Source: Octopus bimaculoides (lineage: Eukaryota). From it: a DNA stretch of 64,000 nucleotides. A model generated the notes under the pieces. It searched no databases. It worked only from the letters and a program-made list of their open reading frames with translations, and was not told where the DNA came from. Numbering within the stretch: the first letter of the stretch is position 1; every line of letters begins with the position of its first letter. The DNA is taken from positions 40,016,845 to 40,080,844 of the forward strand of contig NC_068981.1 in assembly GCF_001194135.2 (NCBI RefSeq), written 5' to 3'. Position numbers and translations under genes: made by a program. Of this stretch, positions 12,926 through 25,604 are shown in pieces.

Positions 12926-14142
12926 CATTTAGTTACATCCCTTCATGTTCTGAATTCAAATCCCACAAGAGCAGAGGTGTGTGTGTATGAATGGGTGTCA
13001 ATCCAGCTCATCATTTTTTGCCCTTAAAGATTCATAAAAAAAACAGAAAAACAAATAAGGCCCTCCAGTACACTTATGTGTGTGTGTGTAAGTGGGTGTG
13101 TGTATGTGTGTAAGTGTGTAAGTATGTGGGGTGGAGTTTATGCATGCTTGCATGTGTGTGTGATATTTGTGTCTCCTTGACTCAACATCATGTGATGGTT
13201 GTAAACAAGTGTCATTGTCCTACAAGCAGTACTCTTCATTTCCAAAATTCTGCAAAAACATGTTTGGCCACGGGGAAAATACTAGCTTACTTGAAAACAG
13301 ACAAGGGTTAGTGGCAGGAAAGGTATCCAGCCATACAAATCCGCTTCAATAAACTCCATCCAACCCACGCAAACATGGAAATGTTGACATTAAATCTATG
13401 ATGTCAATGATGACACCCACAAATTTAATACCACTTAATCTCCTAAACAACAGTGTAACTCATTGGTTCTCAACCATTTTTTACCTATGGATACCTTTAA
13501 TTACTATTTTACTTTGGTGGAACACCATAGCTTCTTGATGCTTATAAACTAGTTTTATGAATATTTCTTTCAAAGCTCTCAACTTTATTTCTCACACATT
13601 AACTTGAATGTGTTGAACTATGTAAAATGCTTGAGAAAGAAGCTGGGCTGTTTCTTGCTATAAATACATTAAATACATCAAAAACAAAACATTTTCATGG
13701 ACCCTTAAAAGATACCATTGATCCCCAATTGATATTTTGCTTGCAAGGACCTCCTTTTATTACTATATTGTTTTGGTGGATCCCCATAGCCTCTCACTAT
13801 CTAAAAACTAGTTTTATAGAAACTTCTTTCAAAATTCCTATTTTGTTTTTTCACACATTAACTTGTGAAAGTTAAACTATGTAAAACATTAAAGAAAATT
13901 GTTTCTTACTATTAGTACATCTAAAACAAAAATTTTTCATGGACCTTTAATTGACTACTGTGCATTTACTATTTTACTATTTTGCTTGTGTGGATCCTAA
14001 AAATTCTTATACTGACCCCTAGAGGTCATATGAACCCTGGCTGGGAAACACAGGTTTTAACTGACTATAACTAACTACTTTTCTTATCGTATCTTAACAA
14101 ATCTTTCCTTTGTATAATTAATGCACGTCTGACCTTTTCTGG

Positions 14143-14187
<45 letters not shown>

Positions 14188-14292
14188 ATAAGAGTGAAAA
14201 AACTACAGAAGGCTTGTGTTACATGGTTAAAGTATATATTTAAATTATGTCAGAAAAATGTTAGAAAAATGTTAGAAAATCTTTTTGATATA

Positions 14293-14326
<34 letters not shown>

Positions 14327-14710
14327 CATACATCCCTATAACCGTCTGCTACCATCGTTACAATCATTTGGTTCTCTCACTGACACACCAGCTCCATCTA
14401 TCCAATCTTAACCTTTCTGTTAATATTTGTGAGACAGCTAAAGAGCACAGTTGAAAGGTCAGCAAAACTATCCTCTGCTGACTCTTAGAGGTTGGAAATG
14501 TAATTAAAGACACTGTGCTGTTGGAGAATAACAAACAACTGTACTTGATGTTGATGATGATGATGAGGTGGAAGAGGAGGATAATGAGGATGATGGGATG
14601 ATGACAACGGCAATGAGGAGAAGGTGGAGAAGGAGTATAATAATAATAATAATCCTTTCTACTGTAGGCACAAAGTCTAAAAATTTGCAGGAGGATTATT
14701 ATTATTGTTG

Positions 14711-14945
14711 TGGTGCCAAGCTGGCAGAATCATTAGCACACCGGGCGAAATGCTTAGCAGTATCACATCTACTGCTACGTTCTGAGTTCAAATTCTGCCA
14801 AGGTCGACTTTGTCTTTCATTCTTTTCGGGGTTGATAAAATAAGTACCAGTTACACACTGGAGTTGATGTAATTCACTTAATCCCTTTGTCTGTCCTTGT
14901 TTGTCCCCTCTATGTTTATCCCCCTGTGGGCAATAAAGAAATCAA
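14711..14945 (+). mobile_element. tRNA-derived SINE family A
   Basis: A-box-like GCTGGCAGAATC, B-box-like GAGTTCAAATTC and conserved core TTTCATyCTTTyGGGGTyGATAAAATAAGTACCAG. About 15 copies in the window. Confidence 0.85.
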
Positions 14946-14949
14946 TAGG

Positions 14950-15355
14950 CCAGCAATTTCGGGGGAGGTGGGGAATTGATTACATCAACTGGTTTTTATT
15001 TCTTCATCTCCAAAAGAATGAAAGGTAAAATCAACTTCAGTGGAATTTGAACTCAGAACATAGAGACAGACAAAATACCACCAGGCATTTTCCCAGTGTT
15101 CTAACAGTTCTGCCTGTTTGCCACTCTAATAATAACAACAGTCCTTTCTACTAAAGGCACAAGGCCTGAAATTTTGGGGGAGGGGACTAGTTGATTACAT
15201 TGACCCCAGTGTTTCACTGGTACTTAATTTATCAACCCCAAAAGGATGAAAGGCAAAGTCAACCTCAATGGAATTTGATCTCAGAACATGCTGACGGACA
15301 ACATGTCAGCAAGCATTTTGCCCAGCATGCTAACAATTCTGTCAGCCCGCAGCCT
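14950..15355 (-). mobile_element. Two tandem SINE family A copies, inverted relative to 14711-14945
   Basis: Reverse complement of the family A core (CTGGTACTTAATTTATCAACCCCAAAAGGATGAAAGGCAAAGTC) appears twice. Confidence 0.8.
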
Positions 15356-15424
15356 TCATAATAATAATAATGATAATAATAATAATAATAATAATAATAA
15401 CAGCAACCTCGACAAAACAACAAC

Positions 15425-15565
15425 AACAACTAGAAAAGCACTCGGAGAGTGTATACCTCCACCAAGCAGCTCATTTCCACCCATATACCCGCATGCTGAA
15501 AATCACCCAATTTCCCAAACCAATACCGGCAAAAACATAACCTCCTTGGTGGGGTTAAAAAAAAA
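15425..15565. mobile_element. Short non-autonomous element with subterminal inverted repeats (possibly Helentron-associated)
   Basis: AAAGCACTCGGAGAG..CCTCCACCAAG ... AAAACATAACCTCCTTGGTGGGG: an asymmetric subterminal IR. The family assignment is from memory only. A related hairpin head CCTCTGCCTTAGCGAAGGCGGAGG lies near 41805-41828. Confidence 0.35.
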
Positions 15566-15797
15566 TAACATAGCCATATGATTTTTTTTTTNNNNNNNNN
15601 NNNNNNNNNNNNNNNNNNNNNNNNNNNNNNNNNNNNNNNNNNNNNNNNNNNNNNNNNNNNNNNNNNNNNNNNNNNNNNNNNNNNNNNNNNNCATGGAGTT
15701 ACTATCCTATGAATATTCCTGCCTAGTTAGTCTAACTTCATTATGGTTTTAGCATATATATATTGCATTAGTAAGTATTTGATTAGTAAATACTTAC

Positions 15798-16230
15798 ATC
15801 AGTCTTTATAGATATCACCCAATAAGTAAATAATTAAGTATATGATAAAATATTAAACTAATTCTATGTAATCTTCTCTTTCCATTGTTGATAATATGGT
15901 ATATATACTTCATCATGGTTTTAGTGATTAAACTATTTATTCCTTTCTATGGTGTTCTACCCTACCAATCATATTATTATTTTTATAATGGCCTTTATAT
16001 AAGTAGACTCCTAATTATGTCCCCCAAAGAATTTATATTAGCTTGTATATAATAGCACCGGTAACTTCACAACTTATACCTCTTAGCTTATAATTGATAT
16101 ATAGTTAGCATGTTTTATCGCTCCAGTATTCCATTTGTAGATACCGGGATCAGTCTTTATATATACCACCTAATAAGTAAATAATTAAGTATATGAATGC
16201 ATATTAAACTAATTCTATGTGATTTTCTGT
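15798..16230. repeat. Imperfect ~82-bp direct repeat, 351-bp period
   Basis: ATCAGTCTTTATA..TA.CACC.AATAAGTAAATAATTAAGTATATGA....ATATTAAACTAATTCTATGT at 15798 and 16149. Confidence 0.85.
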
Positions 16231-16786
16231 ATTGTTGAAAATTTTGGTATGTAAACAAAATTTTTTTTTTTTGGTTATATCTTTCTTGATAATCCTAAAT
16301 TTTATCTTTACACAACATAACAATATTGTTTAAAATCAATCACCTATAGTACCCCATGATCAAATTTCCTCTGTATTATCATCATTGGTTTTATTAGCGT
16401 CTTGCTCCTTTAACTGGTAATTAACATCTTGATTTGAGGTCTTCCACTACCCAACCTCCTTATAGTCAGTTACTTTATTCTACTTCAAAATAATCTTGAC
16501 AAGTTTTATGACCAAACCCACTATGTTCTGTCAACTCTGCCCTGCCCTTTCCTAACAAACACAATCCTCTAATCTTAGATTTAGTAATTGATAAACAAGA
16601 CTAATAAATTAAAACTGAACCAAAATCTGTTACAAGCTATGACCCAAACAATTTTTTCCTGATGTCTACTAAATTCTAAGCTGGAGTGGTGGCAGCATGG
16701 TGTTTGTCTGTCTTCTTACTCTATTAGAGTATTTAAGTAAAATTATATTAATGTGTCCGACTGATTAAAAAAAATTCTATTTATTT

Positions 16787-16874
16787 ATGCAGCTGAGGAT
16801 AGCCCTGCATTTAAATTGATGTAATGATTGCACTGTTCAATTAAATGGAGCCGCTTGAAACGGTCGTACTGCAT
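16787..16874 (+). ncRNA. Type I hammerhead ribozyme motif (PLE-type)
   Basis: ATGCAG CTGAGGA TAGC...(ATTTAAATTGA/TCAATTAAAT extension)...GCTT GAAAC GGTC GTA CTGCAT. It has a 6-bp stem I, intact core, quasi-palindromic stem III ACGGUCGU and a GUA triplet (cleavage after 16868). Confidence 0.85.
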
Positions 16875-17038
16875 CACCTCTGGATGTCCTGTTGTTTATT
16901 TTTATATATATGTGTATGGAGAGAGTATGTATGTATGTATATATGTATGTATGTATAAGTAAGATTCAGTTGAATTAGGTACTTAAATTGAGGCATAATA
17001 TACACCTCGGGATAATATACATACACAACAATAATATT

Positions 17039-18065
17039 ATGCAAATATCAAACTTGGTATATAAAGACCAGCCAGATAATATACCTGCAGTGCATGTAGA
17101 CAATTAGACCCAGCTAAGATTAATAATAATAGTAGTAATATTACTTTATCCCTAATAACAACTTTAATAATCTTAATGATGTAAATATCAACAGTACTAA
17201 AGATCCTTCTAACCCTTTAGATAATGATTTGCTTGTAGATTTGCTTGTAGATTTGCTTGTAAATTGTAATTATAACAACAATAATTTGTCTACGCGTAGA
17301 AATGAGGGTATTCTGAATATTAGTAGTAAACAAGACGTGACTGTGAATAATGTAGTGAGAACCGAGAACTTGCACCCATCAGCTAACCTAGATTATTACC
17401 TATCTTTGACTAGACTGGAATCTTACGCTTATGAATATGCTGCGAAACCAGTAGTGGTGTAGACCAGATATTTGGTGTGAATGGCACCAGTAGACCACCA
17501 GAGGTACCCTCTTTATCCCATACGCAACCCATATACGTTGATTGTATAACCGCTAGAGATAAAAACCATGACTGGAGAGTTAATATAACTAATAATACCA
17601 ATCATAGTAACAAAAGAAGTGGCGACGTAATCCTTGATAATAACCCAACGAACTTTAATAGCATCCCCGATAATGGTTCTATGATTATAAATAATATGAA
17701 AGTAATAATAAAGGTAATTTCAATTGTAGGAAAAGGTCTCATTGTCCCCTATTAGGCCGATGTTTAACTAGGAATGTAAATACAAATTTACAGTTATGAC
17801 GGATACTAGTAATTATAGTTATATCGGGTGCTCTGTAGATACGAAAAAAAAAATGATTTCATAACCACCTCTCAACTTTTAGACTTAGACATAATGTCAA
17901 TAACACGTACATATCTACGAAAATCTGAAGAATAATACTATTAAATTCGGTTTAAAGTGTTTATGGGGATATCCTTCAAAGAAATTTCATATTTACTCTT
18001 GCCGTCCTGTTAAAGTACCAGAAGTGTCATATAAGTATGGTTGACGAGTTAAGAAGTAATTAAAA
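17039..18065 (+). pseudogene. Decayed Penelope-like ORF: Asn-rich region followed by Cys-knuckle and GIY-YIG endonuclease; no RT visible
   Basis: Frameshifted translation near 17700-18060: NCRKRSHCPLLGRCLTRNV / YSYIGCSVDTKK / FHNHLSTFRLRHNVNNTYISTKI*, matching the PLE motifs CNC...CPL.G.CL..NVIY, YIG, R...H...F and S..IW. Confidence 0.7.
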
Positions 18066-18134
18066 TTCAGTTAAACTAGGTATTTAAGTTGAAGCACCAA
18101 GTCAGTGCAGTATTATTTTGATTATATACATACA

Positions 18135-18188
<54 letters not shown>

Positions 18189-18270
18189 NNNNNNNNNNNN
18201 NNNNNNNNNNNNNNNNNNNNNNNNNNNNNNNNNNNNNNNNNNNNNNNNNNNNNNNNNNNNNATATATATA

Positions 18271-19467
18271 CAGGGTTTGGACAAAATAATAGAAACACCT
18301 AGCATCATAATTTTGAAATATCCATCAAACCGTTAAAAGCTTGTTTATTTTTACGTTTTGGGATTTATTATTAGTGTTGCTTAATATGTTTTCCTAAAAT
18401 TTCTGGTTCTTTTCAGATATCATCAGAGACAGGTAATTAATATTCATTAAAATGACAGATCTATCGGACTTTCAAAGAGGTCAAATTGTTGGTCCTCGTA
18501 TGGCAGGCGCTAGCGTAACGAAAACACCCGAAATGCTAGGTGTATCAACAAGTACTGTCTCGAAAATAATGATAGCCCTTGAGAGAGCGGGAAAAACCTT
18601 CTCGTCGAAACAAAACTCCGGAAGAAAACCCAAATTTTCAGATAGGGACTGTCGGGCTTTTACGCGAATTGTTAGAAAAGATCACAAAAGTACAGCTCCC
18701 AATATTCCTGCAGAGCATAATGATCACCTTGAGAATCCAGTTTCCATAAAAACTGTTCACCGGGAGCTGCACAAAGCCGGATTTCACTGCAAGGCTGCAA
18801 TCAGAAAACCACTATTTTCAAAAACAAATGTTGCAAAGCGTTTAGAGTGGAGTAAACACCTACAGAATTGGTCCCTAGAGCAGTGGAACAATGTTATTTT
18901 CTCGGACGAGTCATCCTTTACCTTATTTCTGACCACCGGCCGAGTATACGTGTGGAGACAGCCAAAAGAAGCATTTGACCCAGACTGTCTTCTTCCAACT
19001 GTTAAATATGGAGGACGATTTCTGATGATCGGGGTGGGTGGGCTATATCTTGGAAATCCGCCGCCCCAAGGGTTTCCTTTTATGGCAGAATTAATAGTCA
19101 AGACTATTTACGCATTTCATCTGGTCAAATTCATCCTATGGTTGCGGAACTGTTTCCGGACGGAAACGCAATCTTTCAGGATAATAATGCATCAATTCAC
19201 ACAGCTAAAGTAGTTACTGAATGGCACGATGAACATTCTAGTGAAGTTGAACATCTTATCTGGCCACCACAGTTCCCAAATCTCAATATCATTGAACATT
19301 TATGGTGCATTTTAGAAAAACAAGTAAGGAGTCGATATCCTCCGCCACCATCACTACAAGAACTGGAGACTGTTTTAGCTGAAGAATGGACAAAAATTCC
19401 TTTGGACACAATTCAAACTTTGTACGCGTCCATACCTCGTAGAATTCAAGCTGTAATTACTGCTCGG
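18271..19467 (+). mobile_element. Tc1-like transposon (DD36E spacing), one frameshift, right end truncated
   Basis: Left TIR TA|CAGGGTTTGGACAAAATAATAGAAACACC. ORFs 18452-19213 and 19138-19500 join through a frameshift near 19035. Motifs: paired HTH, GRKPK, FSDES, QDNNA, LNIIEHLW, SIPRRIQAV. Confidence 0.92.
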
Positions 19468-20389
19468 TGTGTGCGCCTGTGCATAAGCTCTTTCGTATGA
19501 ATGTGTGTATGTATGTGGAGAGCGAGCGAGGAATAGAGAAGGAAAAAGAGAGTGATAGGGAGAAAAAGACAGAAAATGGAGGTTACAGGAAAAAAACGTA
19601 AAACATAGAAGTGAAAGAGGGCATTCATATCATTATATAATATCTAATTACGTCAAATTAAAATCAAAATGTTCAGGCAACACATTAACTAGGATTATTC
19701 AAAACGATCACAGAATGTGAGGTGTATTGTATAGTGATGCAAAATGAAGAGTATTAACTTTCATTCACACTATACAATGTAGCCAATTTCGTTTTTGTTC
19801 GTGTGTTGAAATAATTTTTGTTGTGTCTGGAGAGAGTCATAGTGCCTTAATATAAAACACTCACCGGTTCAATTTCCACTCATTTATTTATTTTGATACA
19901 AGATTTTGTTGTGTGCGTGTGTGTGCGCGCCAACGTGCGTGTGTGTTTGTGTATGTATATATGTATATGTACGTATGTATGCATGCATATGTTTGTGTAT
20001 GTATGTGTGTGTATATTGAGCGTATTCGCGAATTTGTGTGTGCCTACCTGAGTGTTTGTGTATGCATGTGTATGTGTACTTCTGCCTCCTTATATGTGCA
20101 TGTTTGAGCGTGTTTATGTGTATGAGCTTGTGTATGTACGTGCACCTGTTATGTATGCATGTGTATCTCCATATGTGTCTTTGTGTGTATGCGTGCGTGT
20201 AGTGTGTGTGTATATATATGTTCGTGTGTTTCTGTCTAGTTGTGTGCGTGTTTGTCCGTACTACCTATATATCTATCTGTCTTCTTACCTATTTATCCAC
20301 TCGCCCACCCACCTACTTATTACCTACCTATTTATAAATGTATCTATGTATGTATACTCTGTGGGTATTAGGTATATCTGCCTTCTACG

Positions 20390-22300
20390 TGTATTTCTTA
20401 TTTAGTACGTGGGACGTTTTATTTAAGAGGACGTACTCTTGTATTTGTCGAAGTGACGGGTCCATCGGGTTCTTGGATAAAATGCGAATGTCAGTTTGGC
20501 CCAGTGTGCCTCCATGTTAGTCTTTGGTATCTTGACAGAGTATAGAGGACTGTTTATTGTGATCATTCCCCACCACCACCATCAAAGTCAATTTATCCTC
20601 TCCTCTATGCTCCTAGATGTCTCACCAATGTATGTCATGTTTCTGTCCTTACAAGCACTTCACCTTATGTTGTAGACTACGTTTCTAATCTTACAGTTAA
20701 TGCCAGGGTTAATCTTACATACTACGCAGTTCTCATTAATAGATGTTGTGTTCTCGAAGGGGTACGTCCTGCATAATTGTGATCTGACGGAGCTCCCTGG
20801 TTTCTCAATGATCTTAATGTTGAGTTTGGCCTCTCTCAGAGACTTCCTAAATCTATAGGCTAATTTCCTATAGGGTGTGGCCTCTACAAACATCACTCCT
20901 TCATATTTGTCAGCCCTGTACGGTGTGTTCACTTTGTCTGTTTTGTCACAAATGTGTATACTATTCCAGTTTTTACTCGTCTATCTAGGACGGGTAACAC
21001 TGGCATCATTACATATGATTTTATCTAATTTTTTTGTAGCTCCCCTGTGAACCCGAATCCTATTTTTCTGGTCATATCCAGAGAATTGCATGCGATGCAA
21101 TGAAGTTCTGTTTATGCTTCCTTGTTTCATAGGGTTCTCATAGGGGTGGGGGACACGTTGTTCATTATCCTAACTAGGTCTGTTATTAGTATGTTAATTT
21201 TCATTTTGTGTGACAAGGCTGAGTTCTTGTGAGCAACATATTTAGAAGCTATGGATTTTATGTAGTAGGAGTGGAGGAGCTGCACTCTGTTGTTAAGTCT
21301 CTAACCAATGTTCAGTATCAAAGACAGGGAATTTATTATTAAGATGCCTAATGTGCTAATCTATAGTTACCTTGATGCTTTGGTGGATGGAGTTAGCTAC
21401 ATTTTAGATGCTCTCCTTTATGCCCCTCTCGATTTCTTTGGTACAGTTACATGGTGTTGTCTTAACTAGAGTATTAATATCGTCTACATACCTTCAGTAA
21501 AGCAATATTGTTAGAGATTCTTGAAGCTTTTTTGTCCTACCTGATCATGAAGAGGCCGGCCACATCCCCAGCCATTCCAACATCAAATGGTTGCAGCTTG
21601 GACCCGCATATAAATTTTCTTGTTAAACTTCACTATGTGGTTCTTTAAGGTGATTTTTCACGCTGGCTCCTATAGCGTGCACAATAATTCTTTTCACCTG
21701 ATTGTCATTTTCAAGGTTCTAGGTTGGCATGGCCCAGCCACTTCAGCGCTCTGTGATGCTTTTCTCCACTGCCGAGATGATGGTAGTTGGTCTTTCCTTT
21801 TCTAATCTGGTAAGATAGAATCTACTTCGGTCACGGTTGTCTAGGTAGTTATGGTCATAGGTTAGTTTTAAGAGGCCCAGTTCCTTTGTGTTGACTTCGC
21901 GGAAATCTACTTCGCTCTCACAGATAATCTCAATAGATTTTCCACAGCAAAATCTGTGTCTATAGATGGGCAGTGTGAAACCATATCCATGCGACCTACT
22001 ACACAACCTGCAAGGTCGTTGGAGTGGTTGCACTATTGATTCTACTGAGGTAGTCCTCCGTGCTGACACAGACATATAGGGACGTTTCATTGAGAGGAAG
22101 CATGATAGATTATAGTTGCTGGATATATTCACCCCGCAAACTGGTCTGGTAGGGGACCCCATAACAAGGTCTACATAGGTCTTCCATAACCCAGTACAGC
22201 GTAGGAACGGCGTTGTTGAATGCTTGAAAATTTTGTGTGGTCTGTTTTTGGGGTTGGAATATGTCACACCACATTCCCATGTGCGTGTTGAGAGGTTTTT
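20390..22300 (-). mobile_element. Penelope-like retroelement, RT plus C-terminal GIY-YIG, decayed
   Basis: Minus translation pieces: VGMAGDVAGLFMI, RYVDDI, YIKSIASKYV, FVEATPYRKLA, CVVCKINPGINCKIRNVVYNIR, YIGETSRSIGER. Many stops. Confidence 0.88.
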
Positions 22301-22469
22301 CTACTTTTTCAAAACAAATATATGGTTATAAATCAGCTGGCTACGATGTGGCTCTGGGAGCAGTGAGTGTGTTTTAGATGTATGCCTTTGTTTATAGTTA
22401 CCAAAATAAAGAAATTATTTTTTGTAACAATAAGGAATACAGAAAGATCTTAAAATGTATACATTAGCT

Positions 22470-22905
22470 TAGCAACCATGAAAACTAGATCATCAGCATA
22501 TAGAAGTTACCATGAACTTCCAGTCTTGAACTCTTCTATGATGGCTTGTAGGGCTTTGGTGAACGCGAGAGGACTGAGGACTGAAATATTATGGACTCCT
22601 TCCCTCACGTCAAATTCGTCACTTCAATCGTTGTTGACTCTCACATTACTTACCGCATCATTCTACTTGGTTTATATAGCTCTCACTATCCATTTGTCTA
22701 CACCTAGTTTCTTTAGTGACCACCAAATATCTAATCGTGGTACCTTGTCAAATGTGTTTCCCAAATCAACGAATGCCAGCAACAGCGGTTTAACCTAAGC
22801 CAAGTATATCTCTTGCAACTGTTTCACAATGAAGATTGCATCCGTGATACTTTTTCCGGACACGAAACCGAACTGCTTCTCATCTAGGTCTACTCTGTTA
22901 TGAGC
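22470..22905 (-). mobile_element. RTE-clade LINE RT fragment
   Basis: Minus translation QFGFVSGKSITDAIFIVKQLQE...AFVDLGNTFDKVPR..IWWSLKKLGV...VLSPLAF...LLYADDLVF. Confidence 0.88.
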
Positions 22906-23255
22906 CAATCATAACGGAAATCATATAAAGACAAACATATCATACATTACATTAAATAATAGCAAAATATTGCACCAGTCAGTGAGGTTAATAATGCAGT
23001 CAATGAGGTTAAGGGATTAGGAAATGAGAGTCTGGTATCTTCATCAGTACAGCCTTGAGTATTTGTCTGGGATACCACAGATATATTCACTGGACGTGAT
23101 GTTCCAATCTCTGCATGCTTAAATTAAATGTTCAATTAATTCATAGAGTATTTAGCTAGTTTAATTCTAATTAAGTCTTCAAATGCTTTTAGAATACTTC
23201 CTATATATGAAAGCGCAGGCTTCGAAATATTTCTATAATACATCGAAGGTGTTGA

Positions 23256-23341
23256 ATGATGATCTGCGATGAGTGGAAAGAAAGTGGGAGTAAAGTAATA
23301 TATGTAATTCTACTTTTGTGTAACCTTTCGTTTTGTACAAT
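23256..23341 (+). CDS. Tentative first coding exon (cytoplasmic tail plus TM) of the carbohydrate sulfotransferase
   Basis: MMICDEWKESGSKVIYVILLLCNLSFCT is a hydrophobic stretch of the kind expected for a type II Golgi enzyme. The phase-2 donor GTATAC at 23342 is weak but fits the next exon. Confidence 0.3.
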
Positions 23342-23594
23342 GTATACTCATATATTTTATATATTACTGACACAGAATATTTCCCTCAATATCTTTTTAC
23401 ATATAGAAGCTATAAGACTGCAATGTTATCTAAGATTTAGTTTAGCGAGATTGGATTAATTTGAAGTAAAATCCTTACCTAACAATATGAAATATCATCT
23501 CGTCTGACGTGATACCCACTTTCTTGATTATTCTATTGTGTTCAGCAAATTTGAACTATCGATCTAAATTCCAACAATTCTTATTTATTTTCAG

Positions 23595-23650
23595 GGTTTT
23601 TAGGCAACCCGCTCACTGTTTTACAATTGCCCAGCAGATGGTCACCGAAG
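23595..23650 (+). CDS. Tentative internal exon of the carbohydrate sulfotransferase
   Basis: Acceptor TTATTTATTTTCAG|, donor GAAG|GTAATT. Open frame VFRQPAHCFTIAQQMVTE ends in phase 1, compatible with the acceptor at 32240 (G|GA). Confidence 0.45.
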
Positions 23651-24679
23651 GTAATTTTTTTTTTATTTTTCAGCTTTAACTGCATTTCAAATGCACTTAC
23701 ATTTTTCCTTACTCTTGTATTTCAAAAACTACAGGGGCCATGAAGCTTCAAAATATCCAACAATAATAATATCGTCGTGTTTTTTAAATCCTAGATTTGT
23801 TTTGACAGTGCATATCTACGACCGACGACCAAACCATACATTTTAAGACGGAAGAGTGTAGTTTAAGGGATATTTGGCAACAATTTCTTATAAATCGTGC
23901 AACTACACTGAGGTTCCGTCATTATCTCGAAATATTTGTTGGTTTCAGTGGTAGTGAATTTGTGTAATACGAGATCAGCCCTGATCGAGCTCCACTCAGA
24001 TAGTCAACCGAAGGACGAGGCGCGTCTCACAGATCCCTGTTCCCAGTTATGTCTTGTTTCCATCTATACTTCGATATGTAATAATAATTGTATAGAGTGT
24101 GTGACCTGACCATCTTCCTATATTGCACTCTCTCTGCTGACAAGTCAATATGTGTATACCCATAGATTTTGATGACAGGAACAACGAAGGAGGGCGGGCC
24201 ATGTAAACCCGGTCAGAATAATCTTATTCAGCTATTATTGGTGAGGTGTATCTCAGCATTGCATGAGCAGCCAGTGAGGCAAGTGACATCGTAGTTATTC
24301 CTGTGTATATGTGGTCTAATGTTTTTCTGTGCCTAAACTAAATGGAAGAGATGGTGTTTTGGCATATAGTTTGTTCTAATTTTTCAAAAATTGTATTTAT
24401 GTACGACCTGGATTTTTGAAGCTAGAGTTTCATGTAATGGGGGGCTGCTATATTGTGCCTTTTGTGGTCCAGGTAGTTCTTCGTTTTTTGTAGTTTCTTT
24501 TCGTTTTGTAATTGGTTTGTAGATGTTGTCAGAGAACAACTTACGGTGCATAGCGCATTGTCTTATGTTCTTTATATTTACTGTGGATTATTGTGAAGAC
24601 ACAATATTGCTTGTGCCTCATTGTCGATTGTGTTACGTGAATTTGTGAGTCATTTTGCTTTCATTATTTTGTTTTCTAT

Positions 24680-24900
24680 ATAAGGCGGTGAGCTGCTAGA
24701 ATCGTTAGCTCGCCGAAAAAAATGCATAACGACATTCCATTCCTCTTTACGTTCGAGTTCAAAATTCGCTGTGGTCGACTTTGCCTTTAATCCTTTCATG
24801 GTCGACAAAATAAATACCAGTTGGATATGGAGTCGATGTAATTGACTAACCCCTTCCCCCTAAAACATTATTGAATCTTGTATCAAAATCTGAAGCAATT
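24680..24900 (+). mobile_element. SINE family A
   Basis: GGCGGTGAGCTGCTAGAATCGTTAGC...GTTCAAAATTC...GATAAAATAAATACCAG-like core. Confidence 0.8.
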
Positions 24901-25604
24901 ATGATTTCTATAAGTGTTGATTTCTATAAGTGTTCTATGTTGTTGAAGACGTGATGGCTTCTATGTAACTCTTAATAGTTTTGTTTTCTGAGTAAATGTG
25001 AGTGTGATGTTCGAATACCTGGATGGTTGTATTATATTCGATGTAAGCTGGCGTTGCTGGTAAGAAAGAAAATAATAGATTTGATAGGTACTACATTAAG
25101 TCTGTTTTGAGGAACCAAGTTTCTATGTGATTCGAATATTGTGGAGTACTTGCGTCGCAGTTTCTAATAATAGTTAAATATATGATCGTAATGTTATCTG
25201 CCAATAAGGCTGTCTATGTTAAACAGAGGAGTGGAGAGGTTTCTTGAAAAAATGGTAAGAGAACGGATGTGTATCATACACTATTCGGGAAGTGTTGTTC
25301 TTTTCTACAACATAAATTTGGCGACCAGCATTTAGTGTTGTTCCTTCAAAAGATGCTGAGCATTTTTTATTTAAGCATACAGCGAAGAATGGAGTCTATG
25401 GTTGCTAGAATGGCATGTATTGGGACTCTTTTATTGTTGATGCCGTCATATATTTTCCACGTTGGTTTTGTGTGTGACGGTCTAGAGTATATATCATTTC
25501 AATGATAAAGGGAGGGCTATAACATCCCAGATATTTGTGCGTATGTGCGTGCGAGTATGTGTGTATATCTGTGTGTGTGTGTGTGTACATACGCAAAGAA
25601 TGCT

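Noticed and set aside
18410-18427. Minus-strand CTGATGA TATCT GAAA inside the Tc1 leader
   Set aside because: No stem II, III or I; chance match.
19726-19778. Two-stem hairpin (ATTGTATAGTG/CACTATACAAT) downstream of the minus-strand PLE, examined as its ribozyme
   Set aside because: No CUGAnGA/GAAA core on either strand. No hammerhead could be found for the 20390-22300 or 26807-27031 PLEs.
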